A stretch of 64,000 nt of DNA from Eledone cirrhosa (lineage: Eukaryota), in assembly GCA_964016885.1 (NCBI GenBank), contig OZ024740.1, forward strand, positions 104,470,001-104,534,000, read 5' to 3'. A program made the translations under genes and the position numbers. This document shows positions 15,114 through 29,100 of the stretch, one piece after another. Under the pieces are notes generated by a model, which was not told the origin of the DNA, did not search any database, and was given only the letters and a program-made list of their open reading frames with translations. Within the stretch, counting starts at the first letter, position 1. Each line of letters opens with the position of its first letter.

Positions 15114-15465
15114 TACACAAGGAAAAAAGATCTTGCTTGATTTTAGATGTAGCTTACCCCTTTGACACAAGAGTGCAAGAATATGAGAGGAAGAAAAGTA
15201 ACCGGTTCCAGGATCTAAAGTGGGAACTGAAAAGGATTTTGGACTGTCATGAGAAGAAGGTCATCCCCATAGTCATAGGAGCACCAGGCACTGTCTTGAA
15301 GAGTTTCCAAAGCTGGCTAAAGAACATTAGCCCAGCTACCTTTTTTGGAACACTTCAAAAGGCATGCCTACTGGGAACAGCAAGACCCTCCGATATGTCC
15401 TGAATAACTGAGTCTTTGGGTAGTGGTTTGATGTTCATATGGGCAATTTTTCCACTTAAATAACA
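15114..15465 (+). mobile_element. 5'-truncated R4/Dong-like non-LTR retrotransposon (restriction-like endonuclease remnant)
   Basis: LILDVAYPFD...KKSNRFQDLKWELKRI...VIPIVIGAPGTV...LQKACLLGTAR is typical of the C-terminal PD-(D/E)xK endonuclease of R4/Dong-type elements. It begins immediately after a (TAA)n tract. Confidence 0.75.
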
Positions 15466-15759
15466 TCAATGACTGAGATATCAAATTCATAATGATAAGA
15501 AGAAAAAGATGAAGAGGAGATCATAACTGACTCGAGGTTTGCACCAGGAAATTTCCTCTCCAGTGTGGAAGACCAGCAGTCACCCATGCATACCAATCTC
15601 TCCAGTGTAGAAAACCAGCAGTCTCCCATCTCCCCTCTCCATGCCACTGATGTGGTCCAAGGTTACTTAAGGATGCAATGCATTGCCGAGTCTGGGAATC
15701 AAACTTATGACCTTATGACCACGAGCCCTAATAACTAAGATAGATGCCTTCAATAATAA

Positions 15760-16350
15760 TAGTTTCTAATTTTGGCACAAGGCCAGCAATAGTTTGTGGG
15801 GAAAGGAAAAGTTGATTATATCAATTTTGGAAGGATGAAAGTAGCAGAATTTGAACTTAGGACATAAAAGGCTGAAATAAATATTGCTAAAGATTTGTCT
15901 GATGTTCTCATGCCTTCAATAATAATTGCTTCTACTTTTAGGCACAAGGCCAGCAATTACCCAGTACATTACTGGTACTTTATTTTATCGACCCCGTAAG
16001 GATGAAAGGCAAAGTCAACCTCGGCGGGATTTGAACTCAGATTGTAAAGGGAGGTAACTATGCTGGAAAGCATGGCGTCCGACCCTCTACCGATACTGCC
16101 AATCCACCGCCTTTCAATAATAATGGTTTCTAATTTAGGGACAAGACCAACAATGTGAGAGGGGAAAGTCAATTAAATCAACCCTAGTGCATTACTGGTA
16201 CTTTATTTTATCGACCCCGTAAGGATGAAAGGCAAAGTTAGCCTTGGTGGGATTTGAACTCAGAATGTAAAGGGATGTAACTATATGCTGCAAAGCATGT
16301 CTGACGCTCTACCGATTACTGCCAATCCACTTCCTGCTTTCAATAATAAT
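15760..16350 (-). mobile_element. Head-to-tail cluster of three tRNA-derived SINEs (family A)
   Basis: Each unit on the minus strand has a B-box GTTCAAAT, all or part of the central GCCTTTCATCCTTACGGGGTCGATAAAATAAAGTACCAG, and the tail CTTGTGCC...AGAAAC-(ATT)n. Units are separated by TTCAATAATAAT. Confidence 0.85.
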
Positions 16351-16764
16351 GAGGTACCATGAATCAACAAATGTCAAATTTGGTATTTTTTCGATGAGGA
16401 AACAGTGTCTATTTGAAAGATATGTACACCAGGCGTTCAACATTAGTGGTAATGCTTGTGTTGTCTGGAGGGGGAGTAATTGGAGAACTCACTCACAAAA
16501 AGAATGTATAAATAATAACTGCACACACAACCAATTGAAAAGGACTTAACAGTGATGGAAAAACTATTATCAACAAGTTAAACAGGGATCTCCCAGAAAT
16601 GTCTGTATCAAATAATAAAGTAAAATGCTTTAAAAAACAATAACAAAAAAAAAAAAAAAATCCTCTGCCTAGGTCAGTTTTCCTTAACAGAGGCAGAAAA
16701 GATAATCCATGGCAAAGGTGCCATATGTAGTCTTAAAGATACAAATTGCTACCAGGAACATGTG

Positions 16765-16890
16765 TAACCTAGTGATTAGGGTGTTGGACTCATGATCATT
16801 AGGTCATGAGTTCACGTCTTAGACCTGACAGTGTATTATGTCCTTGAACAAAACATTTCTTTTTATGTTGTTCCAGTCCACTCAACTAAA
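16765..16890 (+). mobile_element. tRNA-derived SINE family B, partial
   Basis: CCTAGTGATTAGGGTGTTGGACTCATGATC...GAGTTCA...TGTCCTTGAACAAAACATTT. Confidence 0.6.
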
Positions 16891-18537
16891 ATGAATTTCT
16901 TTTTTTTTCACAATGAGTACCAATGGTAGCTGAGGGTTGTCTTTTCATGATAGGACTGGAAGCCCTACCATTAAAACACTTGAGGAACCTTATAATCTAC
17001 ATAAGTGTGAGCAAATTGTTATTAGGCCTTTGACAGGCATTACTCACAACAAAGTTGCTGTGAACTAGATGCTAAATGTGAGAGACAAGTACTTTGAGGA
17101 AAAAAGATAACTTCTCCATACGTAAGCAGGATACAAACCCCTCAGCCAGTCTGGGAGGTCAGTATCTTCGCTTCAGTACTGACTTGGTCTATGGAGACCA
17201 GTCCAACCCTTGCTTTTACTAATTTGTCAAGCAGCCAAACTGGAGAACCTTCACAGATTTTAGTTGATTTTATCCTCTTTAGTATTCTGTCTTGTACTTA
17301 CTTATCTTTTGATTGGGAAAGCAGCATGGCAAAGTCAACCTGGGTGTAAAGGATTGTAACTGTAGATAAACAGACTACCACAAGGTTTTTTTTGCTTAAC
17401 TGAACCGATTTCTTTTTTTTTTTTTTTTTAACCCAGGGTAATATATCATCAGCAGCAACATCTTTATATCCATTTTTTTCCTTCCTGGCATGGGTTAGAC
17501 AGGACACTGAGAGGCGTTTTATGGCTGGATGCTTTTCCCAACATCAATCCCTTTTACGGCATAGAGATTTAGGTGTACTTATTCTAATATATATACACAC
17601 ACATTAAATATATACTACTCACCCTCTACTATTGCTTCTTAGTAGCTATTCTTACCATCACTGTACACCCCCACCCATTCTATCCAGAATCTCCACCATC
17701 CCTCAAAAATCCTAACACACCAGCCATAACTCCTTAGTGGTTTTTTCCCATTATTACAGTACCCACCCTCCATCTCGGTAAACAGTCCTCCCATCTCACT
17801 CATCAACCTGTCAAATCCCTTCACAATTGTTATACACCCAAGACATATGTATCATCCTTCTTAACCCTCCCATCATCACTATCTCATTAGGTAGAGAGGG
17901 CTCTTCAGTTAAGTCAATGACCAACAATTTCTCTAGTGCTGGTGAAACTGAAAAAAAAATGCCCCTGTACACACTGTAAGCTGGTTCGTGATATGAAAGG
18001 AATCCAGCTGTAGAAACCATACTAAAAAAAAAGATTGAGATGTTTCATCAGTTATGTTAAGGGCATGACAAACTAGTATCAGTGCCACAATATATGCAGC
18101 TAGTAAGCCCTGCAAAATGGCTGGTGATAGAAAGGGCATCCAGGTGTAGAAAACTTGTAAAACAAAGAATCAGAGGCCTCCTCTTCAGTTGTGTAAAAGA
18201 TCTGACAACCTCCTTGTGCCAGTGCCACAATAGAATGCACCAGGTGCCATAGTAGAGTGCAGGAATCTATGTAAGCGAGATGTATACACACATACACATA
18301 CATTAAATATACATACATACATACATACATACATACACAGATAAAATGAGATGGAAATAAAAAAAGAAATAGATAAGTAAAAAGAAACTATGTATTTCTG
18401 TGAATATACTAGATATGTACATGCCTCTTGAGGGAGAGAGAGAGAGGGAGATAGTACAGTTTTCTATACAGTAATGGTAGTTGTTGAATTGATTCCTCAG
18501 GCGTTAGATCAGTTATGATGGAAAGTGATGGAATATA

Positions 18538-19027
18538 CAGTATATACTCGAATATAAGTCAACCTATATTTTATGTCAGAGAAATAGGTAAAAATTCAAA
18601 CTCCATTTATAAGCCAAGGCAAATAATCAACACATTTAGATGGTGCAGTTTTGAAATTCATGAGTGCAGAATATATTTAAGAAGTTTTAATATTTTGATA
18701 TTTAAAATGTTTTAAGTATTGTTTAGAATATTTTTTTTTTTTCACAACTTCATTACATAATGATTTTTTTACCAATTTCTGACTGTTTTGAAGGCCAAAT
18801 TCATTTAAAACATATCAAAAACAATAGGGAATTTTACATCGAAAGTGAAACTGGTGAATATTCACCTCCTAAGTGAAAATATTTTAGCACTTTGTTTACG
18901 TAAAATTTTGAAATTGGTGAAAATTGGCAAAATATTGACCTCAAATATAAGCTGATCCCCCCCCCCACCATTTTAACCATCGATTTTTTTGTCACATATT
19001 TCTGGGATTATATACGAGTATATATGG
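18538..19027. mobile_element. Tc1/mariner-superfamily (pogo/m44-like) MITE
   Basis: Terminal inverted repeats TA|CAGTATATACTCGAATATAA ... TTATATACGAGTATATATGG resemble those of the 58461-59705 element. Confidence 0.6.
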
Positions 19028-19983
19028 AACATGACAGCTGTTGTAATGTGGTGGATAGAGAAGGCAGTGACTTTGAGACAGATATATACCCAGCACAGTC
19101 ATGGTATTGCAATTAAAAGATTTTCTTGGCTATCACATTGCACAAATACTCTGGGCAAGTGTTTTTTTACACAAGTTATGTGAGTGAAACCGTGTCGAAC
19201 ATCTTTGGACTGTACATATACTGTGGTAGGAGACAATTCCCGAACTGCCTGAAACAAACCCTGGTTCTATGATACAAAGTTATTTGTTTTAAACTGTTTA
19301 TAGTTTATAGTTTTATAAAAGAGCCTTTAAGTTATTTCCAAACACCAGCTTAATAATGGTTTCCAATTTTGGCACAAAACCAGGGGGAAGGGAAAGTTGA
19401 TTATATTGACCCAGGTACTTTATTTTATGAACCTTCGAAAGATGAAAGGCAAAGTTGATAGGAATTTAACTAAGAACATATACTGCTAAGCATTTGTTTT
19501 ATCTCCAACGACTGCCAATCACCACTCTTTTACCAGTCAAATAACGAGAAAGTTAGTTGCAATATACTCATTTTTTTCCAAATTGTTTTTCAACATTATT
19601 TGAAAAATCAGAGGCTGTGTTTTACATTAGAAACATGGTAACAAAAAGGTTAGCACCACAACATACTCTGTTGCATACTTTTAGCTGAATCCTACCTGTA
19701 GTGAGCATTTGAAGTTAATCACAGTTTCATGCCATTCCACTACCAGGGATGGAGATCAAGCTAAAGAACGTTAGCTATCACCTTAATCTTCTCACCAATC
19801 CAAATAAAATAAAATTTAAATCCACTCCCACACACCCCACCTACCCAGTCACATAAACACAACAACAAAGACTTGTAACAAGGTTAAGGATGGCTTGCCA
19901 AATAATACATTGCTAAAGACTCCCTGGACATACATACACATTTGAGTACACATAAAGATATATTCACATATATACATAAAACT

Positions 19984-20054
<71 letters not shown>

Positions 20055-23000
20055 TAAACACACATATACAGACATATATAGGTTCTTAACTCCTGAGGGA
20101 GTCATAGGGATGCCATAGGGATATATGGGTTGTCTTGATGGAGCCCATTCTTCTTAGGTCTGAACACAGCCAATTTCCTCTACAGAAAGTTAGAAAGAGA
20201 TATAGAAGAATCGACTCCAGTATTGGACTGGTACTTTATTTATCAACCTTCAATGGATGAAAGGAAAAGCTGACCTCGGTGGAATTGAAACTCAGAGTGA
20301 AAAGAACAGGAATGAATAGAGCGAAGCATTCTAGCCATAATTCTAACAACTCTGTCAATCCACCACCTTCATACATACACATACACATGTATACATACAC
20401 ATATATAGTTGGCTGCACAGGAGGATACATACAATAACAGTTGTAAATTTCCAATTTCGTGTTGAGACTTAAAAGCTTATATACACACATATATACGTAT
20501 ATACATTTATGCTTAGTGGTTCCCCACTGGATAGAACTGGTCATTCCATTTAGTTAACTATGATATAATAGTAGGAAAAGCACTCTACGTTAAGCAACTC
20601 ATCCATTGTTGATGTTGAATCTTGTGGTTGGTGCAGGAATGGCCTCCTGTTATTTTAATTAAACTTATATATACAAGAAATGAAAAGAGTCAATAATCAG
20701 ATCAGATGAAAGAATGTTGCCATTTCTGATACCACTGCTGGTGGCAATTATGAGCAGAACTGTCACCCTTTTTATAGTGACAGAAGGGCATATTTGAAAT
20801 TAGAATATACAGAGCTAGAACAGATATTGGAAAGCATACTTCTGGTTCCTTCTGGTTCCAATCTGCCACCCACTACTGGACTGTTACTTTATTTATCAAC
20901 TGCAAAAGGATGAAAGCAAAGTTGATCTTGGTGAGATTTTAACTCAAAGCATAGACAGCTGGAACAAATACCAAAACATTAAATCTGAAACCCTAATAAT
21001 TCTGCCAATATTAAGTAGCCTATACCTTATATTTGTATAAGTGCTTCAATCTATTGGTATTATTTCATAGATGTGATCTAAGAGTGCTTATAGGAGCTAA
21101 TACATATCATCATTGTCGTTTCTTATGTTTTAATTTCCATTATGGTATAGGTTGGATGAGACTTTTGAAACAGTGTTTTACAGCCAGAAGCCCTTCTGGA
21201 AGCCAACCTTTTATGTCATATCTTGCAATACATGGAGATACGTTGTCAATGTCATCACCATTTTTATGTAAGCAATAACATGTAATGCTGATAACATCTA
21301 TCTTAAAAAAACCTGACTATACGCACAAACACTTACTTGTATGCACATATATATATATATATATATAATCATCATTTAAACGTCTGCTTTCCCTAGCAAA
21401 GGTTGCACAGGTCTACATAGACCAAGTCCATACTGAAGTGGGGTTAAGCTCTGATGACACTATAATAACACAGGGAAACAGTCAGCAAGTTATAAAGTCT
21501 GAACCATAGTAATAAAATATCTATGTATAGGTATATATACCTCTGTGTATGTGGGATATTGTCTCTTTATGATTCCATTTATACTTACACTATGAAATAC
21601 TAATGGTATTTATTTATTTAGCAGTTAAAAAAAAATTAGATCCATAAAATAAGAACTGAGTGCTCTAGGATCAACTAAACCCTGTTTAGTGGTGCCCCAA
21701 CATAGTTGCAGTCCAATGACTGAAACCAGTAAAAGAATATATATGAATAAGATAAAATGCTCCTTATTTTAAAATAATCAAATAAGAGTTAAGTCCCCTG
21801 ATTTCTTTTGATCCTTTGCCTTCACATCTACTTTAATGGTGATTTTGTTCTATTTCCAATTCAACACCCTGATCTAACAATGTTTTCAATATACTTTGCA
21901 TTCTTTTTAATTTAGGAAATTGCAGTTATTAAAAGTTATATTATCCTCCTGTATAAACATGTATGCGTGCGTGTGTGTGTGTGTCAGTGGCAACTCCAAC
22001 AGTCAGGATACATGGGCTTAGCTGTCAAGTTTATCTAAAGCCAATCAGAAACATCTCAGACAACTAGGTTCATTCATTCTAGATATATATTTGCTTGACC
22101 CCATGAGTTTGATTTGGGTTGACCTATTAAGACTATAATAATCATGAATGGTTATAATTAACTATTCTTCAAGGAAATATAGATTTATTTCAATTTTTTT
22201 ATAATGTGATGAACAAAATTCTAAGTTGGGCTCATAAAATGTAGCCATCCAGCAAATAGGTGTAATGTGGTCCTCAAACCCTCCAGGAGGACAGAAACTC
22301 AGAATAACAACTGATGTAACAACATGCCCAACCCATGACATCATGGAAAACCAATGTGTATATACACACACATTTTTGGTTGTTCCAGTCCATGGGTTGT
22401 GACAATACTGAGACACTGTGTACATATACATATCATAATCACACACACAGACATATATATGCACACACACACGTGTATATATATATATATATACACACAC
22501 ACACATAAACTTTTTTATATCCCTGACTGAGGGTGGTAAAGGCAGCACCCAACACCCTTCATTTAGTCAGGGCCACGAAAACACGTGAGGAAGGGTGAAA
22601 GTCATCCACAAAATGGAGATCTGGCCCAAAATGCTTGCATCAGAGTAAACCCCAATAAAGTCGCACAAGGACCAGATGATGTTATTACATCAGATGCCAG
22701 ATTACATCAACCACTTAAGAACTCAGTACACAAGGAAGTGGATTAAATAATACAAGGCATCTCATCTGATAATCTACTGACTTGGACTGGTACTTTATTC
22801 TATTGACCCTGAAAGGATGAAAGGCAAATGTTGACCTCAGAAGGATTTTAATTCAGAGTGCAGAGAGCAAGAACAAATACTGTAAAGCATACTCTCCTAC
22901 ACTGTCACACACACACACACATATATATATCATATACATACAAATACATATATTGTACACAAACATACATACATAAACAATGTATATATATACACACAGG

Positions 23001-23529
23001 CATGCATACATACATTCCTCTCCATTTTTTTGTTTTTTTTCTTTTGCTAAGCTACCACACACCATTTCTTCCTCACTCTTCCTTTTCAGTTCATGAACTT
23101 GGTTTCAAAACATTTCTTTTCTTCTTTTCATCTTTATTTTGTGTCATTCGCCGAAATTCACAACTCAACCTTCACGCACTGAAACTATAGTGATTTCCAG
23201 AGGTTGACTGATGAGAAAGGACTGTCCTTTCCTGTTTTGGAAGGAAGGAAGTGTGTGTGGTGTGTGTATGTGTGTGTATGTGTGTGTGTGTGTGTGCATA
23301 TATATACATACACTGACTTACATACATATATACATACATACATTACACATTACATTTCATTTTACGTCCACTTTTCCCTGCTTGCAAGGGTGGGACGGGA
23401 ACTGATTCTGGCTTGATTTCTACAGCTGGATGCCCTTCCTAACACCAACCTCATTTACAGTGAGTGCTCGGTGCTTTTTTGCCGTGGCACCTCCATGACC
23501 ACTTTGCAGTGGAATGATAGGGACCCCAG

Positions 23530-23685
23530 TCCCTATCATCTCATTTCTACAGCTGAGTAAACTGGAGCAATGTGAAATAAAGTGTCTTGCTCAAGGAAAC
23601 AACACATCACCCAGTCTGAGAATTGAACTCACAACCTTTCGATTGCAAGGCCCCAATGCTCTAACCACTAAGCCATGTGCCTCCA
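23530..23685 (-). mobile_element. tRNA-derived SINE family B
   Basis: Reverse complement reads GGCACATGGCTTAGTGGTTAGAGC...GAGTTCAATTC...TTGAGCAAGACACTTTATTTCACATTGCTCCAG. Confidence 0.75.
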
Positions 23686-24133
23686 TATAACATATAACAT
23701 ACAAATATCTAAACGTAGTTGAGTGGCAGAATTTCTTGAGCATCAGATAACATGCCTTGCTATATTTGTCCTGGCTCTTTAAGTTCTGAGCCCAGTTCCA
23801 CCAAGACCAACGTTACCATTCATCTCTCCAGATTCATTAAAATAAAGTACAAGTCTACAGCAATAAAAGTCCATCAGCAGAATTGTTAAAATTCTGGGTA
23901 AAATAACTTGCAGTGTTTGTTCTGACTCTACAGGTTCTAAATTTGTCTGCAAATGAAACTGGTGCTAAGGTATATTGTTCCTTGTGCTCCCTGTAAACAA
24001 CAGCAGCAGTATGAAGAAGAGAGAGACGTGTTTGATGTGCCACTGCTGAACTTCCATAAAATGGCCTACACCCTTGAACTTTTCAGGTGCAAAAACATGG
24101 TGAACCCTGACCAATGGAGGCTATCATACGTGC

Positions 24134-24190
<57 letters not shown>

Positions 24191-24466
24191 TACATACATA
24201 CAGACAAGCACACACGCAAATATATATCCATTCATACAAACATATTTACATACATATGTTATTATAGAAAATGTCGATTGTGTCAAACCATATCAGCAGC
24301 AACTGCCCAAAAGATGTCCACAAAATACAACCTTCCCAACAGACATGGCATTGTTGCCTAAACTATTTACAATGATATCCACAGGGAGGATTACCTTGAC
24401 AGTGGTAGCAAAAACCACCAAAACCAAAACCAGAATGTACCGACACCTTTAAAAATAAGAAATAAT

Positions 24467-24619
24467 TGTTTCTACTATTGGCACAAGGCCAGCAATTACC
24501 CAGTACATTACTGGTACTTTATTTTATCGACCCCGTAAGGATGAAAGGCAAAGTTAACCTCGGCGGGATTTGAACTCAGAATGGCAAGGGCCGTAACTCA
24601 AAGCATGGCGTCCGACCCT
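24467..24619 (-). mobile_element. SINE family A, 5'-truncated, with 11-bp target-site duplication
   Basis: TSD TAAGAAATAAT at 24456-24466 and 24620-24630. Confidence 0.85.
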
Positions 24620-25198
24620 TAAGAAATAATGGTGGAATATTCCAATAAAAACTGCAATCAGGTAGGTACAAGCACAACAGACCTGATATGGGAAAGGGAA
24701 TGAAGGTCATGCATTGTTGAAGAGGTCAGCTGCCCAGCAGATGTGAATGTATCATCTAAAATTGTGGGAAAAGAGAACATCTATGGTAAGCTGACACTTG
24801 TCATATCCAGGCTATAGATTTACATTTGTACCTATTATCATATGTACACTAGGCTATTTAACAACAGATTTGTATAAAAGCCTTGAAATGTTGGGAAGTT
24901 GAGAGAGGGGCTTCAAGAAAGAACAAAACAAATTGAAGTTTACATCCTCCGAATCCAGTCGGTTAGTGGTACAACGAAGAACTGTAAAACATTCTAAAGA
25001 TTCCCCATTTGAGTTTCCTAGAATGGACATATGCACATATTTAAATGAGTACAAGTATATTCACACAAACATCCACATATAAATTCACACACACCAACTC
25101 ACTCACATATTCACAAATCCCTGGAACTGTCTTAACTCAAACAGAAAAGCCTTGTCAGCTTGAATTCTGCAAAGAACTTAAATCTCAAAGAAATATGT

Positions 25199-25229
<31 letters not shown>

Positions 25230-25948
25230 TAAATACAAGCATATATTACACAGACATATATATATACAAGCACATATTACACACATACATATACACATAC
25301 ATATGTATTCATGTCTATAATGGTAGGTGGAGGTCATAAAACTGAAAGTGACAATCCTGAATGCTTATAAAATCAAATATTAATATATTGAAAAATGACC
25401 AAAAATTCAAGAGACACAATATATATGCTCAGGTAAAAATAATAATAATTTTAAAAAATGGTTTGTAACTGCCAGTTATTTATAGTATTATAAGGAGTAC
25501 TTGATCAGCAAACAGATTTTATGTTGAAAGAAATGTATATAACTGTCAAATAAAAAAATATTAAAGGTGTAACTTTATTAAGGAAATATTTAAAAAATAC
25601 AAATAAATGTTTTTTAAAAGATACCTTTTTTTTTAAAAGTTATTTTCTTAATACTCAATATCTTTCAATGAAATTTTATTTTTTTCTGTTTATATTTAAC
25701 ATTTGTCAAATGATACCCACTTTAAAATTATAAATAAGCAACTTCTTAAAATTAATTTTCCTTAAAACCAAGATTTTAAAAAGTTATTTTTTCCTGAAGA
25801 TATATATTTGGTCTCCTGGATTTAAATTTTTTTTTTTTAATATCAATGTTCTTATTTTTCAATATGTTAAAATTTGTTCTTATAAGCGTTTAGAGTTCTG
25901 TCATTCAGTGATACAAACAGCACAGATATAATACATCATCACACACAA

Positions 25949-26017
<69 letters not shown>

Positions 26018-26159
26018 TATTCATTGCGAATATATACCCACAAAATTGTGCATACTTACACAACACACACACACACACATAATATATATACATAAAATCA
26101 TGCACACAAAACACACACATACTTACACAGGTATATTGCATTTATACACATAAACTCAT

Positions 26160-26194
<35 letters not shown>

Positions 26195-26937
26195 AAATAG
26201 TAAAATCTAAAAATACAGTAGAAAATGCTAAACGGATTTTCTCTCAGAATAACATCAAAACATTTATTTACAAAATAGGAACTTCTGCATTTATTGTACC
26301 GGTTTCAGCTTGTATGCTTTATCACACGACGGAAGTGCATAATGCAATTAAATTGCATATTAATAAGAATAATTGTTTCTACTTTTGGCACAAGGCCAGC
26401 AATTACCCAGTGTATTACTGGTACTTTATTTTATCGACCCCATAAGGATGAAAGGCAAAGTTAACCTCGGCGAGATTTGAACTCAGAATGACAAGGGCCG
26501 TAACTCTATGCGTCAAAGCATGGCGTCCGACCCTCTACCGATAATGCCAATCCACCGCCCTGATTAATAAGAATAATAAGAATATTATTCAACTGTTGAA
26601 GCCAACAGCTTAAACAAAACTGATTCTTCCCTGTTATTCCCACTGTTGATAAGGCAAGGTCAGCACTAATAGAGAAAGAAGGAAAACTACAGACAAAAAC
26701 GTGAACTTTTCTCCCTGAATATGTCTGTAAAAACAATTTTTTCCGCCCATATTCATATTATTCTTATTAATATGCAATTTAATTGCATTATACACTTCCG
26801 TCATGTGATAAAGCATACAAGCTGAAACCGGTACAATAAATGCGGAAGTTCCTATTTTGTAAATAAATGTTTTGAAGTTAATTTGAGAGAAAATCCCTTT
26901 AGTATTTTCTACTGGTTTTTTTCTTTTTTACTATTTT
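26195..26937. mobile_element. Foldback/MITE-like element with inverted arms of about 180 bp, interrupted by a SINE
   Basis: 26195-26373 is the reverse complement of 26757-26937 (for example TTTATTGTACCGGTTTCAGCTTGTATGCTTTATCAC versus GTGATAAAGCATACAAGCTGAAACCGGTACAATAAA). Both ends abut TA-rich tracts. Confidence 0.8.
26374..26562 (-). mobile_element. SINE family A, full length, with 15-bp TSD
   Basis: TSD ATTAATAAGAATAAT at 26359-26373 and 26563-26577. A-box-like GGATTGGCATTATCGG and B-box GTTCAAATC. Confidence 0.88.
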
Positions 26938-26975
26938 TTCTTTTTTATATATATCAACTCATGTGTCACTTCTCT

Positions 26976-27035
<60 letters not shown>

Positions 27036-27299
27036 CACATATCCATACACTCAACATTTTCAATGTCAACAACTAAAATAATAGAAAGAAGGGGAGAAAA
27101 AAAGCCCCAGCTACAAGAGTGCAGCAGTGGTAGAGAGCAGCGGTATACTGCAGTGGTAGAGAGCATCAGTACACTGCAGTGGTGTACTCAATGGTTTCAA
27201 GTTTTGCAGCATCAAAGTGCAGCAGCTGCAACAATAGACCGTATTTACAACTATTTTAACAGTTGGCACCAATTAAGTTCTTGCTAATTGTCTGCACCT

Positions 27300-27722
27300 G
27301 TTCTGGTGGTATTGGTGGTGGTGATATTGTTGTTGGTAAAGTAGTAGTAGTAGTATAGGTGGTGCTAGTATGTTGGTGTTGGTATAGTAATAGCATTTGT
27401 TGTGGTGGTGGTGGTGGTATTGTTGTTAGTATAGTAGCATGGGTGGTGTTAGTGGTGGTATTGTTGATGGTAGAGTAGTAACATTGGTGGTGTTAGTGGT
27501 GGTATTATTGTTGGTGTAGTAATAGTAATGGTAGTGTTAGTGGTAGTATTGTTGATGGTACAGTAGTATTATTGGTGGTATTGGTGATGTTTTGTGGTAA
27601 TAGTAGTAGTAATATTGTTGTTATTGACGGTACTGGTAATGGTGTTGGTGTAGTGTTCATAGTGGTGTTGATATAAGTGATAAGGATATAGGTGGTGTTG
27701 GTAGTAGTGTTATTATTGCGGT
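27300..27722. repeat. Low-complexity (GGT/AGT/TGT)n tract, probably within the STUB1 3' UTR
   Basis: Degenerate trinucleotide tract starting about 350 bp downstream of the STUB1 stop codon. Confidence 0.75.
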
Positions 27723-28067
27723 ATATATATGAAGCAGTCTAAGATATGTAATGTGACCTGTGTCCACATATGTTTTTCATGGCATGTGTGTGCATTTTCA
27801 TGAGCAGCTCAGCAATAGAAAGATGTGCATATGCATGAGTGTATTTGTGTAGCAACAGAGTGTATGTATGTGTCTATGCTTGAGTATGTATGTATGTATG
27901 AGGAAAGTGCTGTCCACCCCATACAAGCCATACAGATCAACCAATAACAATACCACCACCACTAACAACAACAACAACACCATCACCAAGCAGTCCTCAC
28001 AAACTGACCGAATCACTAAGAATGCCATCATCACAGTCGACAGTCAAAGGACTATCCTGTAACAGCT

Positions 28068-28193
28068 TTAATAATCTTCACCCCATGGATTCTCCTCCAG
28101 AAAGGCATCGATTACTTCTTTCATTGCCAGGTTGGGGATCAAATTCTCCTCAGTAAGGAATGTCCGAGTCACTGGATCAAAATGTCCGACTCT
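28068..28193 (-). CDS. STUB1: STUB1/CHIP E3 ubiquitin ligase, last coding exon (C-terminal half of the U-box)
   Basis: Translates [41 protein letters not shown], closely matching the human CHIP C-terminus as I recall it ([41 protein letters not shown]). Preceded by acceptor TTTGTCTCTTTACAG, phase 0, 126 nt including the TAA. Confidence 0.96.
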   Translation of the reverse strand, partial: RVGHFDPVTRTFLTEENLIPNLAMKEVIDAFLEENPWGEDY

Positions 28194-28314
28194 CTGTAAA
28201 GAGACAAATAATTTCTTTGAATATAATAAATATAATACACACAGAAACACACACAAATATATATCTTTTTTAGCAGGGAAAAGGGAAAATAGGACATAAA
28301 ATGATGGTGATTAT

Positions 28315-28995
28315 ATCATCATCATCATCATCATCAACGTTTAACGTCCGTGTTCCACGCTTGCATGGGTTTGGACGGGGGTAGTCCCACTTGAGGCAAG
28401 AGTGATTGTCTTGCTCGCATAGGACTGTCTGGCAGGTTTTCTACAGTTGGATGCCCTTCCTAACACCAACCACATTTACAGTGTGGGTCTGGGAGGTTTT
28501 TACCGTGTTGCCTACACGGCCACATTACGGCGTGGACTGTGTGTTTTTTTGTCGTGACACCTACACGATCTCATTTGTTTCGGCCTGGATGGCGCGGCAC
28601 CAACATAACTTTACATAGAACGGGGTGGTGTGGATGGGGTGGGGGTGGGGTGGATGGGGTGGGGGTGGTGGGACGGGGGTGTATTTTGTTAGAGATGCCT
28701 ACTGGCTGTAGTAGGTTTTACTATGTATTTAGGTAAGGCGGGTCTTCTCTATTACTGAGTACCGCCAAAGGTCTCGGTCCAGTGACATTGTCTTGGAGAG
28801 GTGTAAGTGTGTGAGGTCGGAGTTTATCAGCTCGTCCCAGGTTTTTCTAGGTCTGCCTATTCCGTGGCTACCGTCTATCTTTATTGCCCTGCACTTTGTT
28901 ATACAGCTATCGACTTTCATGCGCATCACGTGTCCATACCAACATAGCCTTCTCTCGAGTAAACAACATCTGATCCCTCTTATTTCTAATTTTTT
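28315..28995 (-). mobile_element. RTE-clade LINE (PHD-bearing family), short 5'-truncated copy
   Basis: KKLEIRGIRCCLLERRLCWYGHVMRM...DRDLWRY, then a 3' UTR and (GAT)n tail. Nearly identical to 30291-30920. Confidence 0.92.
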
Positions 28996-29010
28996 ATATA
29001 TATATATATA

Positions 29011-29100
29011 CACGGTGTCACCAAAAAATGCATACACCATTCTAATATATATTGCCTGTACAGGTAATCAAACTGTGTATACATTTTTGGGGACACCCTA
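29011..29100. mobile_element. Tiny Tc1-like MITE, about 90 bp
   Basis: TIRs CACGGTGTCACCAAAAAATGCATACAC and GTGTATACATTTTTGGGGACACCCTA, flanked by TA. Confidence 0.75.
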
